From Phycisphaerales bacterium (GTDB lineage: Bacteria > Planctomycetota > Phycisphaerae > Phycisphaerales > SM1A02): 64,000 bases of DNA. The DNA lies in assembly GCA_044337135.1 (NCBI GenBank), contig JBIIOC010000001.1, forward strand, positions 14,416-78,415, in the 5' to 3' direction. Shown one piece after another: positions 9,701 through 17,902 of this stretch. Numbering within the stretch: the first letter of the stretch is position 1; each line of letters opens with the position of its first letter. The notes below the pieces were generated by a model that searched no databases, was not told where the DNA came from, and saw nothing but the letters and a program-made list of their open reading frames with translations. The translations under genes and the position numbers were made by a program.

Positions 9701-11558
9701 GCACCTCGAGACCCTTGTCGATCCACTCCTTCGCCTTCGTGGGATCGTTTCGGACCAGCGCGTAGAACTGGGCGAGGGCGACGAGCAGCCGCACGTCCCG
9801 AGGATCAGCCTTGATCGCCTTGTGCCCAGCCAGCAGATCGGCCTCGGCCCCATCCAGGTCGCGCGCGAGCAGCTTGCGCTCGGTGCTGCCCAGCAGCGCC
9901 GCGATCGCGTCTCCCTGGTTGGCGGTGGCGGCTCCCGCCGCCGTCGTCTCCATGCCCTCCAACCCATCCAGCTTCGACCTTGCGGCCGTGATCGAGGGAT
10001 CGATCTCGAGCACGCGCTGATAGGTCTTGCGGGCCTGGTCGTACTTGCCGGTCGCGGACTCGATCTCGCCCCGCATCATCAGGAGCGGCGTGTAGACCGG
10101 ATAACGCTCCAGACCCTCCGTGGCGACGCGCATCGCGCTGCCCGCCTCCCGGCGCGCCAGGTTCGCGAAGGCCGCGTAGAGGTAGGCGTCCGGCGGCGGC
10201 GCGGCCTGTCCCTTCAGGATGGTGTCGAAGAGCGCCACGGCGTCGGCCACCCGATTCTCGGCGATGGCCGCCTTGGCCTGGATCAGCTGCGACGTGCCTC
10301 GCTCACCGATCGACTCCAGGTACTTCACGGCCTCGTCGCGCATCGTGGCCAGCTTCGGAAGCATGGCCGTGCGCTTGGCCTCGTCGGCCTCCTGCCGCCA
10401 CTTCTCGAACGTGGTGTTGAACAGCGTCATCACCGCGTACATGCGAGCCTCGTCCTGCACCAGCGACTCAAGCGAGACCGCGAGGTTCGGCATGCCGCGG
10501 GTCTCCTCGGCGACCTCGCTGGCCAGATCCGGCTTCGACTGCGTGGCCGCGACCATGAGCAGGCGCCGCGCGACCATGTCCTCGGGGTGCCGGCGAATCC
10601 GTTCCTCCAGAATCGAGATGACCCGATCCAGCCACGCGTTGCTGCGCGCGTTCAGCAGTTCCGCGGCGATCTGCAGCGTCTTGGATCGATCGTCCATCAC
10701 GGCTTCCGCCACTTCGGAGAGCTTCTTGCGGGCTTCCTCGACCTGCTCAGCCGTCACGCCGGGCTCACGTCGATCGAGCCGTCCGCGCAAGCGGCTCAAC
10801 TCCGAGACGCGCCATCCATAGCTGTTCGGCAACGCCTTGCGCGCACGCTCCAGATTGGCGTCCAGCTGCTCGAACCGTCGACGCGCATCCGCCACGCGCT
10901 GGTCGGAGATCAGCTTCTCCGCGCCAAGCTCCTGCGAACGCAGCAGATCCAGCCACGCGTCCTCCATGGATGGATCGGATGCCACGACCTCCTCGAGGAG
11001 CTTCTCCGCGTCCAGGCGCTCCTGTTCGGTGATCGTCTCGGACCGACGCAAGGTGCCGATGGCCTTCCAGTACTTGAACTGGCTCTGGGCCGGATCGGTG
11101 GCAGGAATGCGCTGGGCGACGCCGTCTGCCTCGGTCGAGAACTCGCGCCAGAGCACGTCCGCGTTGAAGACGTTGTTGCGGTCGTACAGCGTCTGCATGG
11201 CACGGATCCACGGAGCGGGATCCTCCGGGGTCGCGCGCGCGCGCTGCAGACGCACGCCGATCAGCTGGTTGTAGTAGTCGCGTGCCTCGTCGGTCGTGGC
11301 GGGGACGAACTTCGAGAGCGCCTGATCCAGCGCCTCGAGATAGCGAACATCGGTCTGGCGCCGACTCACGGCACGACCGAAGAAGCCGACCGCCTTGCGG
11401 TAGTCCCCCTCCTTCATGTAGCGCTCGCCCGCCGCGAAGTTCCGCTCGGGTCCGGCCACGCGCTGCCAATACAGCGCAAAGCCGATCAGGCCCGCGCCGA
11501 TGACCAGGATCGCCAGGAAGATGCCGATGAAACGCAGGTTGAGCTTGGACTTCGCCAT
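6789..11558 (-). CDS. Giant signal-anchored TPR-repeat protein (PrsT-like by position in an exosortase locus)
   Basis: 1589-aa ORF with a GC3-rich frame and N-terminal anchor FIGIFLAILVIGAGLIGFALYW. The rest is TPR-like helical repeats. It starts 3 nt after the EpsI-like stop. Confidence 0.85.
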   Translation of the reverse strand: MAKSKLNLRFIGIFLAILVIGAGLIGFALYWQRVAGPERNFAAGERYMKEGDYRKAVGFFGRAVSRRQTDVRYLEALDQALSKFVPATTDEARDYYNQLIGVRLQRARATPEDPAPWIRAMQTLYDRNNVFNADVLWREFSTEADGVAQRIPATDPAQSQFKYWKAIGTLRRSETITEQERLDAEKLLEEVVASDPSMEDAWLDLLRSQELGAEKLISDQRVADARRRFEQLDANLERARKALPNSYGWRVSELSRLRGRLDRREPGVTAEQVEEARKKLSEVAEAVMDDRSKTLQIAAELLNARSNAWLDRVISILEERIRRHPEDMVARRLLMVAATQSKPDLASEVAEETRGMPNLAVSLESLVQDEARMYAVMTLFNTTFEKWRQEADEAKRTAMLPKLATMRDEAVKYLESIGERGTSQLIQAKAAIAENRVADAVALFDTILKGQAAPPPDAYLYAAFANLARREAGSAMRVATEGLERYPVYTPLLMMRGEIESATGKYDQARKTYQRVLEIDPSITAARSKLDGLEGMETTAAGAATANQGDAIAALLGSTERKLLARDLDGAEADLLAGHKAIKADPRDVRLLVALAQFYALVRNDPTKAKEWIDKGLEVQPNEERLLQFKAVLSSKDPLERVLEGVRLQYPDPRVQSVYRYLALSDLTRQLDETLQTPDLADADKATAQGALDRARAMMPTALDEALKADPRSEALLERSSLDAMQRKDWQTTERIAGVADQIGERGIGATLRARALLAQDKQTEALQLLEAARKAGDESPMLLRQICILLERGGRLEEAVEAIRLAYDRRPNEINTARLYAVMLDRSGQRTRALEILRELARANPTNRDTMDAWLSIESQVGDRTGAFAMRRRLYNDAPGFRANSMALAQMLLENPGDPTIMVDAEGRRKFTQEKLQAMTPLTRTRELQQAAQANVDLGMQIVDLLQKQTPDDPMLALMKARALARFGQVKEGEASLRADIAKVQGAAALRLWLSLGAYLAENGQPERASEPFAQAIKLQDPATRNAEIQVSDFWFNRQQWKRARDVLEPVVQGLTGDAQANLALRLAEICQNLRDYEAAVRYIDLAEKTLGDSNSTVAMLRAAILGGRADAAMASGDGAAAAESAEKSIATYRRATEIAPNNFVAWAGLADAERNAFLRTRDPARLQAAEQAADRALGLLSTYLPAIRVKKDVFLDRNDLPGAIGLIEQFVRTAPQSQDGRRLLIELLMRSGNQIRAISVAEEAAQVEPRSPEWPTIIATINQSQGKEQEATAAFDRAFATEPTEETLMRAVNSRVQRKEADWTGVVTQLRANPKVVSTSPALQCALGAALVNSKQRDAGLQALRNAHASIRDGIAKGTYPPGTWDLWYRALAQAFADRPQEGEAFARSALAGKAPDFHHLRGFSTVWRQHGKDGTDPAIKFLEEAAAITKDDPQLASSAYIEAGEIAYVMGDCQRSLPLFEKAIALVPDSAPALNNAAFVTAKCGSAPDKAIAWATKAVEIAPQVADLQDTLGYVLLKSGKAQESLAPLQRAVTMSPTASPLLHLAEALVATGRKDEARSTLERLGIFKLNDEQVADRDRIIKSLQ

Positions 11559-11561
11559 GGT

Positions 11562-12428
11562 TCAGTTCGTCTTGGTTGGGGAATTCTCGGGCGCCGATCC
11601 GCCTCGCTCGATCGCAGGCCAGTCCGGCAGGCAGCGCATGAGATGCGGAAGGATCTGCTCGAGCAGTTCCGAAGTCATCTGGTCGAATTTCGGCAGGACC
11701 TCGTCGGGACTGCCCGGCAACTGAGCGGAAAACTGCAACTTGCAATAGTAGGCGTACCGGTCGGAGAGCTTGAAGCTCAGGTTCCGCACCGCGAGCGCCG
11801 AGGGTGTCACGCCGCCGTTGGCGATGAACAGGTACCCACCCAGCGCCGTCGCCTTGGGATTCCGGGGATCCTGGAAGGCGGTGACGGTCATCTCCATCTT
11901 CCCGAGTGGCAGGGCGACCTTCTCGGTCTTGCGCGTGATGGGATCCCGGACGTCGGCCAGCGCGTAGCGCTCGCCCGAGCCGGGCTGCACCGGCCCCCCC
12001 GCCTCGTCCCACCCCTTGCGGCTCAGTTGCACGGCGCGAATCATCGGCTGACCACTCATGACCAGGCCATTGGCGTTCCAGCATCGCTCGGGAATGTGCG
12101 GCACGGCATCGATCATTCCGGTGTAGTACGCCGCGTGCACCTGCATCAATCCCTTCGATGGATCGCCGTCGACCGCGTAGAACCGATCGAGATAGTTCTG
12201 CGTTCCGAGCTCCTCGATCAAGGCATCCGAGAACACGGAGTCCTTGCCCACCTGCTTCCATCTGCCAATCGCGGCCGGCAGCGAGTCGAGCGGCTCCCGC
12301 AGCGAGACGGGCTCCTTCTTCAGGTAGACCTGCAACTGGCCGAGCGCCACCCGGAACCCGAGGCCACCGAGCGCGAGCGCGGCGCACCCCGCGATGAAGG
12401 CGGCTCGAACGGAGCGGTCAACCTGCAT
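11562..12428 (-). CDS. EpsI-family exosortase-associated protein
   Basis: N-terminal TM segment and the conserved HxPExC-type motif (VPHIPERCW). It overlaps the exosortase 3' end by 11 nt. Confidence 0.75.
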   Translation of the reverse strand: MQVDRSVRAAFIAGCAALALGGLGFRVALGQLQVYLKKEPVSLREPLDSLPAAIGRWKQVGKDSVFSDALIEELGTQNYLDRFYAVDGDPSKGLMQVHAAYYTGMIDAVPHIPERCWNANGLVMSGQPMIRAVQLSRKGWDEAGGPVQPGSGERYALADVRDPITRKTEKVALPLGKMEMTVTAFQDPRNPKATALGGYLFIANGGVTPSALAVRNLSFKLSDRYAYYCKLQFSAQLPGSPDEVLPKFDQMTSELLEQILPHLMRCLPDWPAIERGGSAPENSPTKTN

Positions 12429-13353
12429 GGCGCGCCTCCGGGGATTCGGCCACGATCAGGTTGCTCAGGATCCACAGCACCAGCAGGTAGAGCAGGAACG
12501 CCGGCACCAGCCAGAGCAGCCCGATGAAGTGGTGGAACTCGCCCGCGGCGAACTCCGGGTTGATCAGCGTGAGCAAGCCCAGCGTCGCGACGCGGAGCAC
12601 GTTCACGAACACGGCGACCGGCACCCCCATCAGCACCAGCGCGACGCGCTGCCAAAGGGTCGGCAGGCTGACGTAGGCCATCGCGACGCCGAGCGCAAGG
12701 AATGCCACCAGCATGCGCATGCCGCTGCAGGCCTCCGCCACGTTCAGCAGGTGTGGCTTGCCCGAATCGAAGACCGTGAGAACGTTGCCGGTGAGGTCCA
12801 CGTCCATGCCGACCACGCTGAGCAGCAGGTACGCCCCCTTCGCCGAGATGTCCTGGAGCCGATAGGTCACCACGCTGATGAAGCGCTCGCTCACGTACTG
12901 GCCGAAGACGGCCACGTAGGCGAGCGGGAACCAGAGCCAGCGCATCCATCCCCAGCCCGTGACCAGAAGCACCATGCCGAACAGCGCCATGCCGACCGCG
13001 ACGCCGCGGATGTTGTGATGCTGCAGCGCCGCCGGTCCAAGCGAGCATGCCGCGTAGCCAACGAGTCCGAGCATCACGAGCACGAGCCCCGACCACGCGG
13101 GCCGGACCTCGGTCTTCAGGAGCGCCTCTCGCTTCATCCACACGAACCATCCGCCGATGGCCGGGATGAGCAGGGTGTGGCCCCAGTCCGAGGGATGGCT
13201 CAGCGAGTAGCGAACCTGCTTGGAGAGCCAATCCCAGAACACGACCGTGAAGAGCGCCAGCGCGATCGATCCAGCCAGGATCGCGCGACGGGCATCGACC
13301 TCGATGCCGCGTTCAGAGCGCGTTGCCGGGATGGCGGTTTCGGCCAGGCTCAC
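12418..13353 (-). CDS. Exosortase (EpsH/Xrt family transpeptidase)
   Basis: Polytopic membrane protein with the three family signatures: Cys (VAEACSGMRML), Arg (FVNVLRVATLG) and His (GEFHHFIGLLW). GTG start at 13351-13353. Confidence 0.85.
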   Translation of the reverse strand: MSLAETAIPATRSERGIEVDARRAILAGSIALALFTVVFWDWLSKQVRYSLSHPSDWGHTLLIPAIGGWFVWMKREALLKTEVRPAWSGLVLVMLGLVGYAACSLGPAALQHHNIRGVAVGMALFGMVLLVTGWGWMRWLWFPLAYVAVFGQYVSERFISVVTYRLQDISAKGAYLLLSVVGMDVDLTGNVLTVFDSGKPHLLNVAEACSGMRMLVAFLALGVAMAYVSLPTLWQRVALVLMGVPVAVFVNVLRVATLGLLTLINPEFAAGEFHHFIGLLWLVPAFLLYLLVLWILSNLIVAESPEARHAG

Positions 13354-13434
13354 GGGCGTTCTCCTGCATCTTTTCGCGGGAGGGGCACCGGGCGCCTACG
13401 AGGTCGTCACGGTCCCGTTCACGCGTTCTTCACG

Positions 13435-15285
13435 TCACTGTCCGACCACGTTGACCGGCGGTGCGCCGAAGATGTCGTTGCCCCAGTTCCGGTCGACCAG
13501 GAAGCCGAAGCCATAGGTCATGCGGAAGCCGTTCCGGATCACCGCCAGCGGGGTGGCCCAGAAGTTGGTTCCGATGTTGATGTGGTCATCCGGACGCAGG
13601 AAGATGTCCGGCTCGGAACGGTTCCGGATCGCGGCCAGATTCACGCGGATGCAGGCTTCCTTGTCCGAACCGATGCGGCGGACCAGATCCACGCGCTGCG
13701 GAATCGCGAGCTCACCCAGACCGCCGGCGGCCGCCACGAGTCGGCTGAGCGTCAGCTTGCCGGAGGTCGGAAGGTTGTACACGCCGGGCCGCGCGATCAG
13801 GCCGTCGATGTAGACCACGCCGACATCGCCGGTGTCGCAGTACAGCATGTCATCCGGTCGAATGATGACGTTCAGGTTCGAGGCGCCGCGAACGAGCTGG
13901 TTGTAGTCGATCTCGATGACCCGGCTCTCGAAGGCCTTCTTCGCCTGGTTCTTGGTGCGCGCGCGCGCCGCCTCGCCGGTCTTGAGCCCGGGGGTTCCGT
14001 TGCCTGCAGCGGACTCGGTGCTCGCCGGCTCCGACGGCGCTGCCGTCGCGGCGGACTGGACTTCGCCGCCACGGCCCATCTTCACCCAAGCCTGCGTGGC
14101 CGGGTCAAAGACGAATCGATCGCCCTCCTCGGGCACGGAGGCCGGTGCCGTGCCGACATCCTTCGCCTTGGCCGGCTCGAGCGAATCGATGTCGACCGGC
14201 GGTTCCTGGCGAGCGCTGTTTCCGAGCATGCCCATGCGGGCAGGCTTGGGTTCCGCGGCGGGTTCCGGTTGCCCGGCGGGTGGCGGCTCGGACGCCGGTG
14301 CCGCGGCTGGCGTCTCGGTTGCAGCCGGCGCATCCGACGGCTTGTCTGACGCTGGCTGCTGCGGAGCGGGCGCTCCCGGAGCCGTCTCCGGCGCGCCGGG
14401 CGCGGTGCCGGGCAGCGCGTTGATGAGGTCGTCGATCGCGGATTCCGAGGGCGCGGTTGGCACGCTCGGCTTGCCGGATTCCACCGGTGCCTCAGCCCCC
14501 GTGGGGGTCTCGCCAGCAGGAGTCGTTGGCGTGGCTGTGCCGCCGCTGCCTCCCGCGAAACTGTTCTCGTACTGGGGCGCGGTCGCCTTGGCGCGCGTGA
14601 TGAGCACGCGCGTCGTGGTCGGAGCGGCGCCACGCGCCAGCGCAAGCGCATCCAGCACGCGAAGGTCCGGCTTGTTCAGGGCAAACAGTCCCGGCTGCTC
14701 GACCGAACCAAGCACGCGGAACTGGTAGGCACGCGCCTCCTCGACCGAGATGAAGGCCTTGGGGTTCGTGATGATCCCGGCCAGCCGCTTCTTGACGTCC
14801 TCTTCGAGTTGCTCGACGGTCAGTCCGGCGGCCGGCATCTGGCCAATGATGGGCAGCGAGATGCGACCCGATTGGTCGACCACGCGGGTCGAGATGTCGG
14901 TCTGGTCCGCCGAGATGAGCTGGGGAATCGACACGCGAATCACGTCACCTGCGGCCAGCTTGTACTCGAGCTGGTTCGGGATCAGATCCTCAGCCGAGGG
15001 CTGGGTGTAGACGATGCTCGTGTCGGCCGCCTGCTCGATCACGTCGATTCGGGTCAGGATCGGAATGGCGGTCGGGGTGGTCTGGAAGTATCCCGTTCGC
15101 TGCGGATCGATGAGCCAGCCGTTGGTCTCGCAAGCTGCAAGAGCCGTCAAGGAGGCCGCAAGGGTCAACGTTCGGAGCGCGAAGTGCACGGTCGGGGTCT
15201 TCCTGGAAGGGTCAGATCGTTCGATCCAGCGAGCGAGCAAGCGTGAGGCGGGCAAGACTACCTTCCTCAAGCAGGCGCATTTCAT
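13435..15285 (-). CDS. Polysaccharide export outer-membrane lipoprotein (Wza-like: Poly_export plus SLBB) with a long Pro/Ala/Glu-rich insert
   Basis: Lipobox LTALAAC, N-terminal YKLAAGDVIRVSI export-domain motif and a C-terminal SLBB-like region. An alternative GTG start at 15189 would give a canonical 20-aa lipoprotein signal. Confidence 0.8.
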   Translation of the reverse strand: MKCACLRKVVLPASRLLARWIERSDPSRKTPTVHFALRTLTLAASLTALAACETNGWLIDPQRTGYFQTTPTAIPILTRIDVIEQAADTSIVYTQPSAEDLIPNQLEYKLAAGDVIRVSIPQLISADQTDISTRVVDQSGRISLPIIGQMPAAGLTVEQLEEDVKKRLAGIITNPKAFISVEEARAYQFRVLGSVEQPGLFALNKPDLRVLDALALARGAAPTTTRVLITRAKATAPQYENSFAGGSGGTATPTTPAGETPTGAEAPVESGKPSVPTAPSESAIDDLINALPGTAPGAPETAPGAPAPQQPASDKPSDAPAATETPAAAPASEPPPAGQPEPAAEPKPARMGMLGNSARQEPPVDIDSLEPAKAKDVGTAPASVPEEGDRFVFDPATQAWVKMGRGGEVQSAATAAPSEPASTESAAGNGTPGLKTGEAARARTKNQAKKAFESRVIEIDYNQLVRGASNLNVIIRPDDMLYCDTGDVGVVYIDGLIARPGVYNLPTSGKLTLSRLVAAAGGLGELAIPQRVDLVRRIGSDKEACIRVNLAAIRNRSEPDIFLRPDDHINIGTNFWATPLAVIRNGFRMTYGFGFLVDRNWGNDIFGAPPVNVVGQ

Positions 15286-15362
15286 CGACCAATCAGCGCC
15301 TGTTCAACGAGTTTGGGTATTTCCGGACTTGGCCACCACCCAGGTGCCGGCGCCTGCTTTGA

Positions 15363-16289
15363 TCACTTTGAGAGAAGCGTCTCGAGTACCGCCATGCGCG
15401 CCGCAACCCCATGCGTCACCTGGCGCAAGATGCGAACACCACCGTGTTCATCGGCGACCGAGTCATCGATTTCGATGCCCCGGTTCACCGGGCCCGGGTG
15501 CAAAACCACCGCATGAGGCTTGAGTCGGGCGGCGCGATCAGGAGTTAGACCGAATAGTGTCCTATAATCTGTCGCGATCCCAGATCCAGCTCCTCGCTCC
15601 GCCTGAATTCGAAGAAGCATGATCGCGTCAATTTCGTCAATGATCGAATCCAGATCGTGCGTTATAGACACATTTCCAGATCCACTATGCACGATCTGAT
15701 CAGCTGAAAGGAGCGTGGGGGGTCCGACCAGAAGCACTTCAGCTCCCATCAGGGTAAGGCCCTGAATGGCCGAGTGCGCGACCCGGCTGTTGGCAATGTC
15801 CCCGACGATCGCGACCCGCCTGCCTTCGAGCGCGCCAAGCGACTCGCGAAGGGTCACCAGATCCAAAAGCCCCTGGGTGGGGTGTTCATGACGCCCGTCG
15901 CCCGCATTGATCACTGGAATCCGGACCCGCTTGGCCACCATCGCAGGCCCGCCCGAAATGCTGGTCCGGATGACGATGGCCGCCACCCCCATCGCCTCGA
16001 CGTTCAATGCAGTGTCGATCAGGCCCTCGCCTTTGCTGGCGCTGGATCCAGCCGACGTGAGGTTGAACACCTGGCCGCCAAGCCGGTGGACCGCGGTTTC
16101 AAAACTGCAGCGCGTACGAGTGGAATCCTCAAGGAAGAGGTTCGCGATCACCCGTCCGGCCAGCAGTTCCTTGCGCGGCGAGCGGCCCTCGGCAATGGGA
16201 AGGTTGGCCTCGGCGCGCTCAAGAAGCGCCGTGAGGGCCGGCTTCGAGAGCCCCTCGATCTGGAGGAAGTCCTGCTTCACGGCCCCCAC
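15363..16289 (-). CDS. pyrB: Aspartate carbamoyltransferase catalytic chain
   Basis: STRTRCSFETA, HPTQGLLD and HPGPVNRG motifs. GTG start at 16289 (or 16280). Confidence 0.9.
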   Translation of the reverse strand: MGAVKQDFLQIEGLSKPALTALLERAEANLPIAEGRSPRKELLAGRVIANLFLEDSTRTRCSFETAVHRLGGQVFNLTSAGSSASKGEGLIDTALNVEAMGVAAIVIRTSISGGPAMVAKRVRIPVINAGDGRHEHPTQGLLDLVTLRESLGALEGRRVAIVGDIANSRVAHSAIQGLTLMGAEVLLVGPPTLLSADQIVHSGSGNVSITHDLDSIIDEIDAIMLLRIQAERGAGSGIATDYRTLFGLTPDRAARLKPHAVVLHPGPVNRGIEIDDSVADEHGGVRILRQVTHGVAARMAVLETLLSK

Positions 16290-16339
16290 GATATCCCCTT
16301 CGGGCGCTCGGTGCCGAGGCCCGCCAGTACCCTGCACCC

Positions 16340-16957
16340 ATGCCGCGTCGCATCTGGGTGACGGCCGACACGCACTTCGGCGAGGCGGACGCCCTGACCA
16401 TGTTCGGGCGGCCCTTCGCATCGGTCGCGGACATGGACGATGCGCTGGTGGAGGCGATCAACGCCCGGGTGATGCGCGGCGACCTTCTGCTGCACCTCGG
16501 CGATTTCTGCGGACCGCATCCGGAGGGCCGAAAGGCGCAGGTCGCCCATGCGCGTCGCATACGCGACCGCATCCGCTGCAAGCGGTTGGCACTGGTGCGC
16601 GGGAACCACGATCCCGAGTCCACGCGCTTCCGATCGCTCTTCCACCGAATCGACGACCTGCGTTCGTGGCGAGCGACAACGGACCGCGTCCGAGTGAACG
16701 CTTGCCACTGGCCGCTGCGCCTGTGGCGCGGCCAGTTCAAGGGCGCGGTTCTGCTGCATGGTCATGCACATGGCGGCCTTCGCGCCATGCCGCGAGCGAT
16801 CGACGTGGGTGTCGATTGCTGGCAGTGGAAGCCGGTGGAGCTCTCCTCGCTGCTGGCGTGCGTGCTGCGGACACCCGCCGAGCGTCCCGATGGATGGCCG
16901 CGACTGCAGCGCGACCAGGACCCCGACCGGCTGCCCGATGCGCCGCATGCGGGTTAG
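16340..16957 (+). CDS. Calcineurin-like metallophosphoesterase (motifs intact)
   Basis: TADTHFG, LGDFCG, RGNHD and HGHAHG motifs. Confidence 0.8.
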   Translation: MPRRIWVTADTHFGEADALTMFGRPFASVADMDDALVEAINARVMRGDLLLHLGDFCGPHPEGRKAQVAHARRIRDRIRCKRLALVRGNHDPESTRFRSLFHRIDDLRSWRATTDRVRVNACHWPLRLWRGQFKGAVLLHGHAHGGLRAMPRAIDVGVDCWQWKPVELSSLLACVLRTPAERPDGWPRLQRDQDPDRLPDAPHAG

Positions 16958-16966
16958 CATGCGCGC

Positions 16967-17653
16967 ATGAAGCGAACGGCTGCATGGCTCGCACTCGTCG
17001 CGCTCGCGACAGGCTGCGCATCGAACTCGTCGACGATCGGCTCCAGGCCCCTGCTTGCGATCGATCCCGCCGCCGTGGAGGGAACGTGGGCCCTCACGGA
17101 CGAGCGCAACCAGACCTTCAACGTGATCCTGCGCGAGGACGGCTCGGCGACGAGCACCTGGAGCCGCGGCATGGATGGCGCGAAGGGCGAACAGGGCGGA
17201 TGGAGCATCCGCGAGGGTGTCCTGTACGTGCGCTGGACCGACGGCTGGCTCGACACGATCCGCGTGGGCCGGTACGGATTCGAGAAGTTCTCCTACGAGC
17301 CATCCGATCGCGAGGGCGACACGCCCAGCAGCTTCGGGCAGGCCGTGAAGATCACCGACGACTCGGAGAAGTGGGTCGGCGTGTGGCGCACCAGCAGCGT
17401 GGGCGCCAACACGAAGGACGAGGATCTCTTCGTGTGCCTGTCGAGCGACGGCGCCGCCGTGAAGAGCATCGACGCGATCAACTCCGGCTGCTGGCAGCAG
17501 CAGCCGATGGGTCTGGCGATCCACTGGAGCGACGGCTGGTTCACGCTGCTCACGCAGGATGGCGATACCGTGACCGGCAAGAGCTGGGCCCCGGGCGCGG
17601 ATCGCGCCGGGCCACCGACGGGATCCTCGAACTGGCTGGAGGTCGTCGAATGA
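16967..17653 (+). CDS. Hypothetical lipoprotein
   Basis: Signal/lipobox MKRTAAWLALVALATGC and a GC3-rich frame. Confidence 0.65.
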   Translation: MKRTAAWLALVALATGCASNSSTIGSRPLLAIDPAAVEGTWALTDERNQTFNVILREDGSATSTWSRGMDGAKGEQGGWSIREGVLYVRWTDGWLDTIRVGRYGFEKFSYEPSDREGDTPSSFGQAVKITDDSEKWVGVWRTSSVGANTKDEDLFVCLSSDGAAVKSIDAINSGCWQQQPMGLAIHWSDGWFTLLTQDGDTVTGKSWAPGADRAGPPTGSSNWLEVVE

Positions 17654-17895
17654 GCGCGCCGCGCATGCGTCCGTTCCTGGCTGCGCTGCTCGCCCTGGCC
17701 GGCTGCCAGAGCTCGCCCTTTCCGGATTCCATGTCGCCCACGCAGCTGCAGGAGCGCAGCATGGACTCGGGCGGCCAGCCGCTGCCCTACTACGACCTTG
17801 ATGACGGGGACAACGAGGACCCCTGCATCGACCAGTCGAACTATCCGAACGGTGGCGAACCCTGGTGGAACTCGCCGGGTTACATCGGCGGCTGA
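17650..17895 (+). CDS. Small hypothetical lipoprotein (81 aa)
   Basis: ATG at 17650 overlaps the upstream TGA (ATGA). Lipobox LLALAGC, acidic C-terminal part. It lies within the listed ORF 15907..17895. Confidence 0.5.
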   Translation: MSAPRMRPFLAALLALAGCQSSPFPDSMSPTQLQERSMDSGGQPLPYYDLDDGDNEDPCIDQSNYPNGGEPWWNSPGYIGG

Positions 17896-17902
17896 GCCGC
17901 GC

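Noticed and set aside
9822-12527. 901-aa plus-strand ORF antisense to the TPR giant and the EpsI-like gene
   Set aside because: Same reasoning. It has low-complexity Arg/Gly/Leu composition and spans two real genes on the other strand.
15563-15568. Perfect TATAAT on the plus strand inside the pyrB AT-rich patch as an antisense promoter
   Set aside because: There is no acceptable -35 hexamer or TGn extension at the right spacing. A hexamer match is expected by chance in AT-rich sequence. I kept it only as part of the compositional finding.
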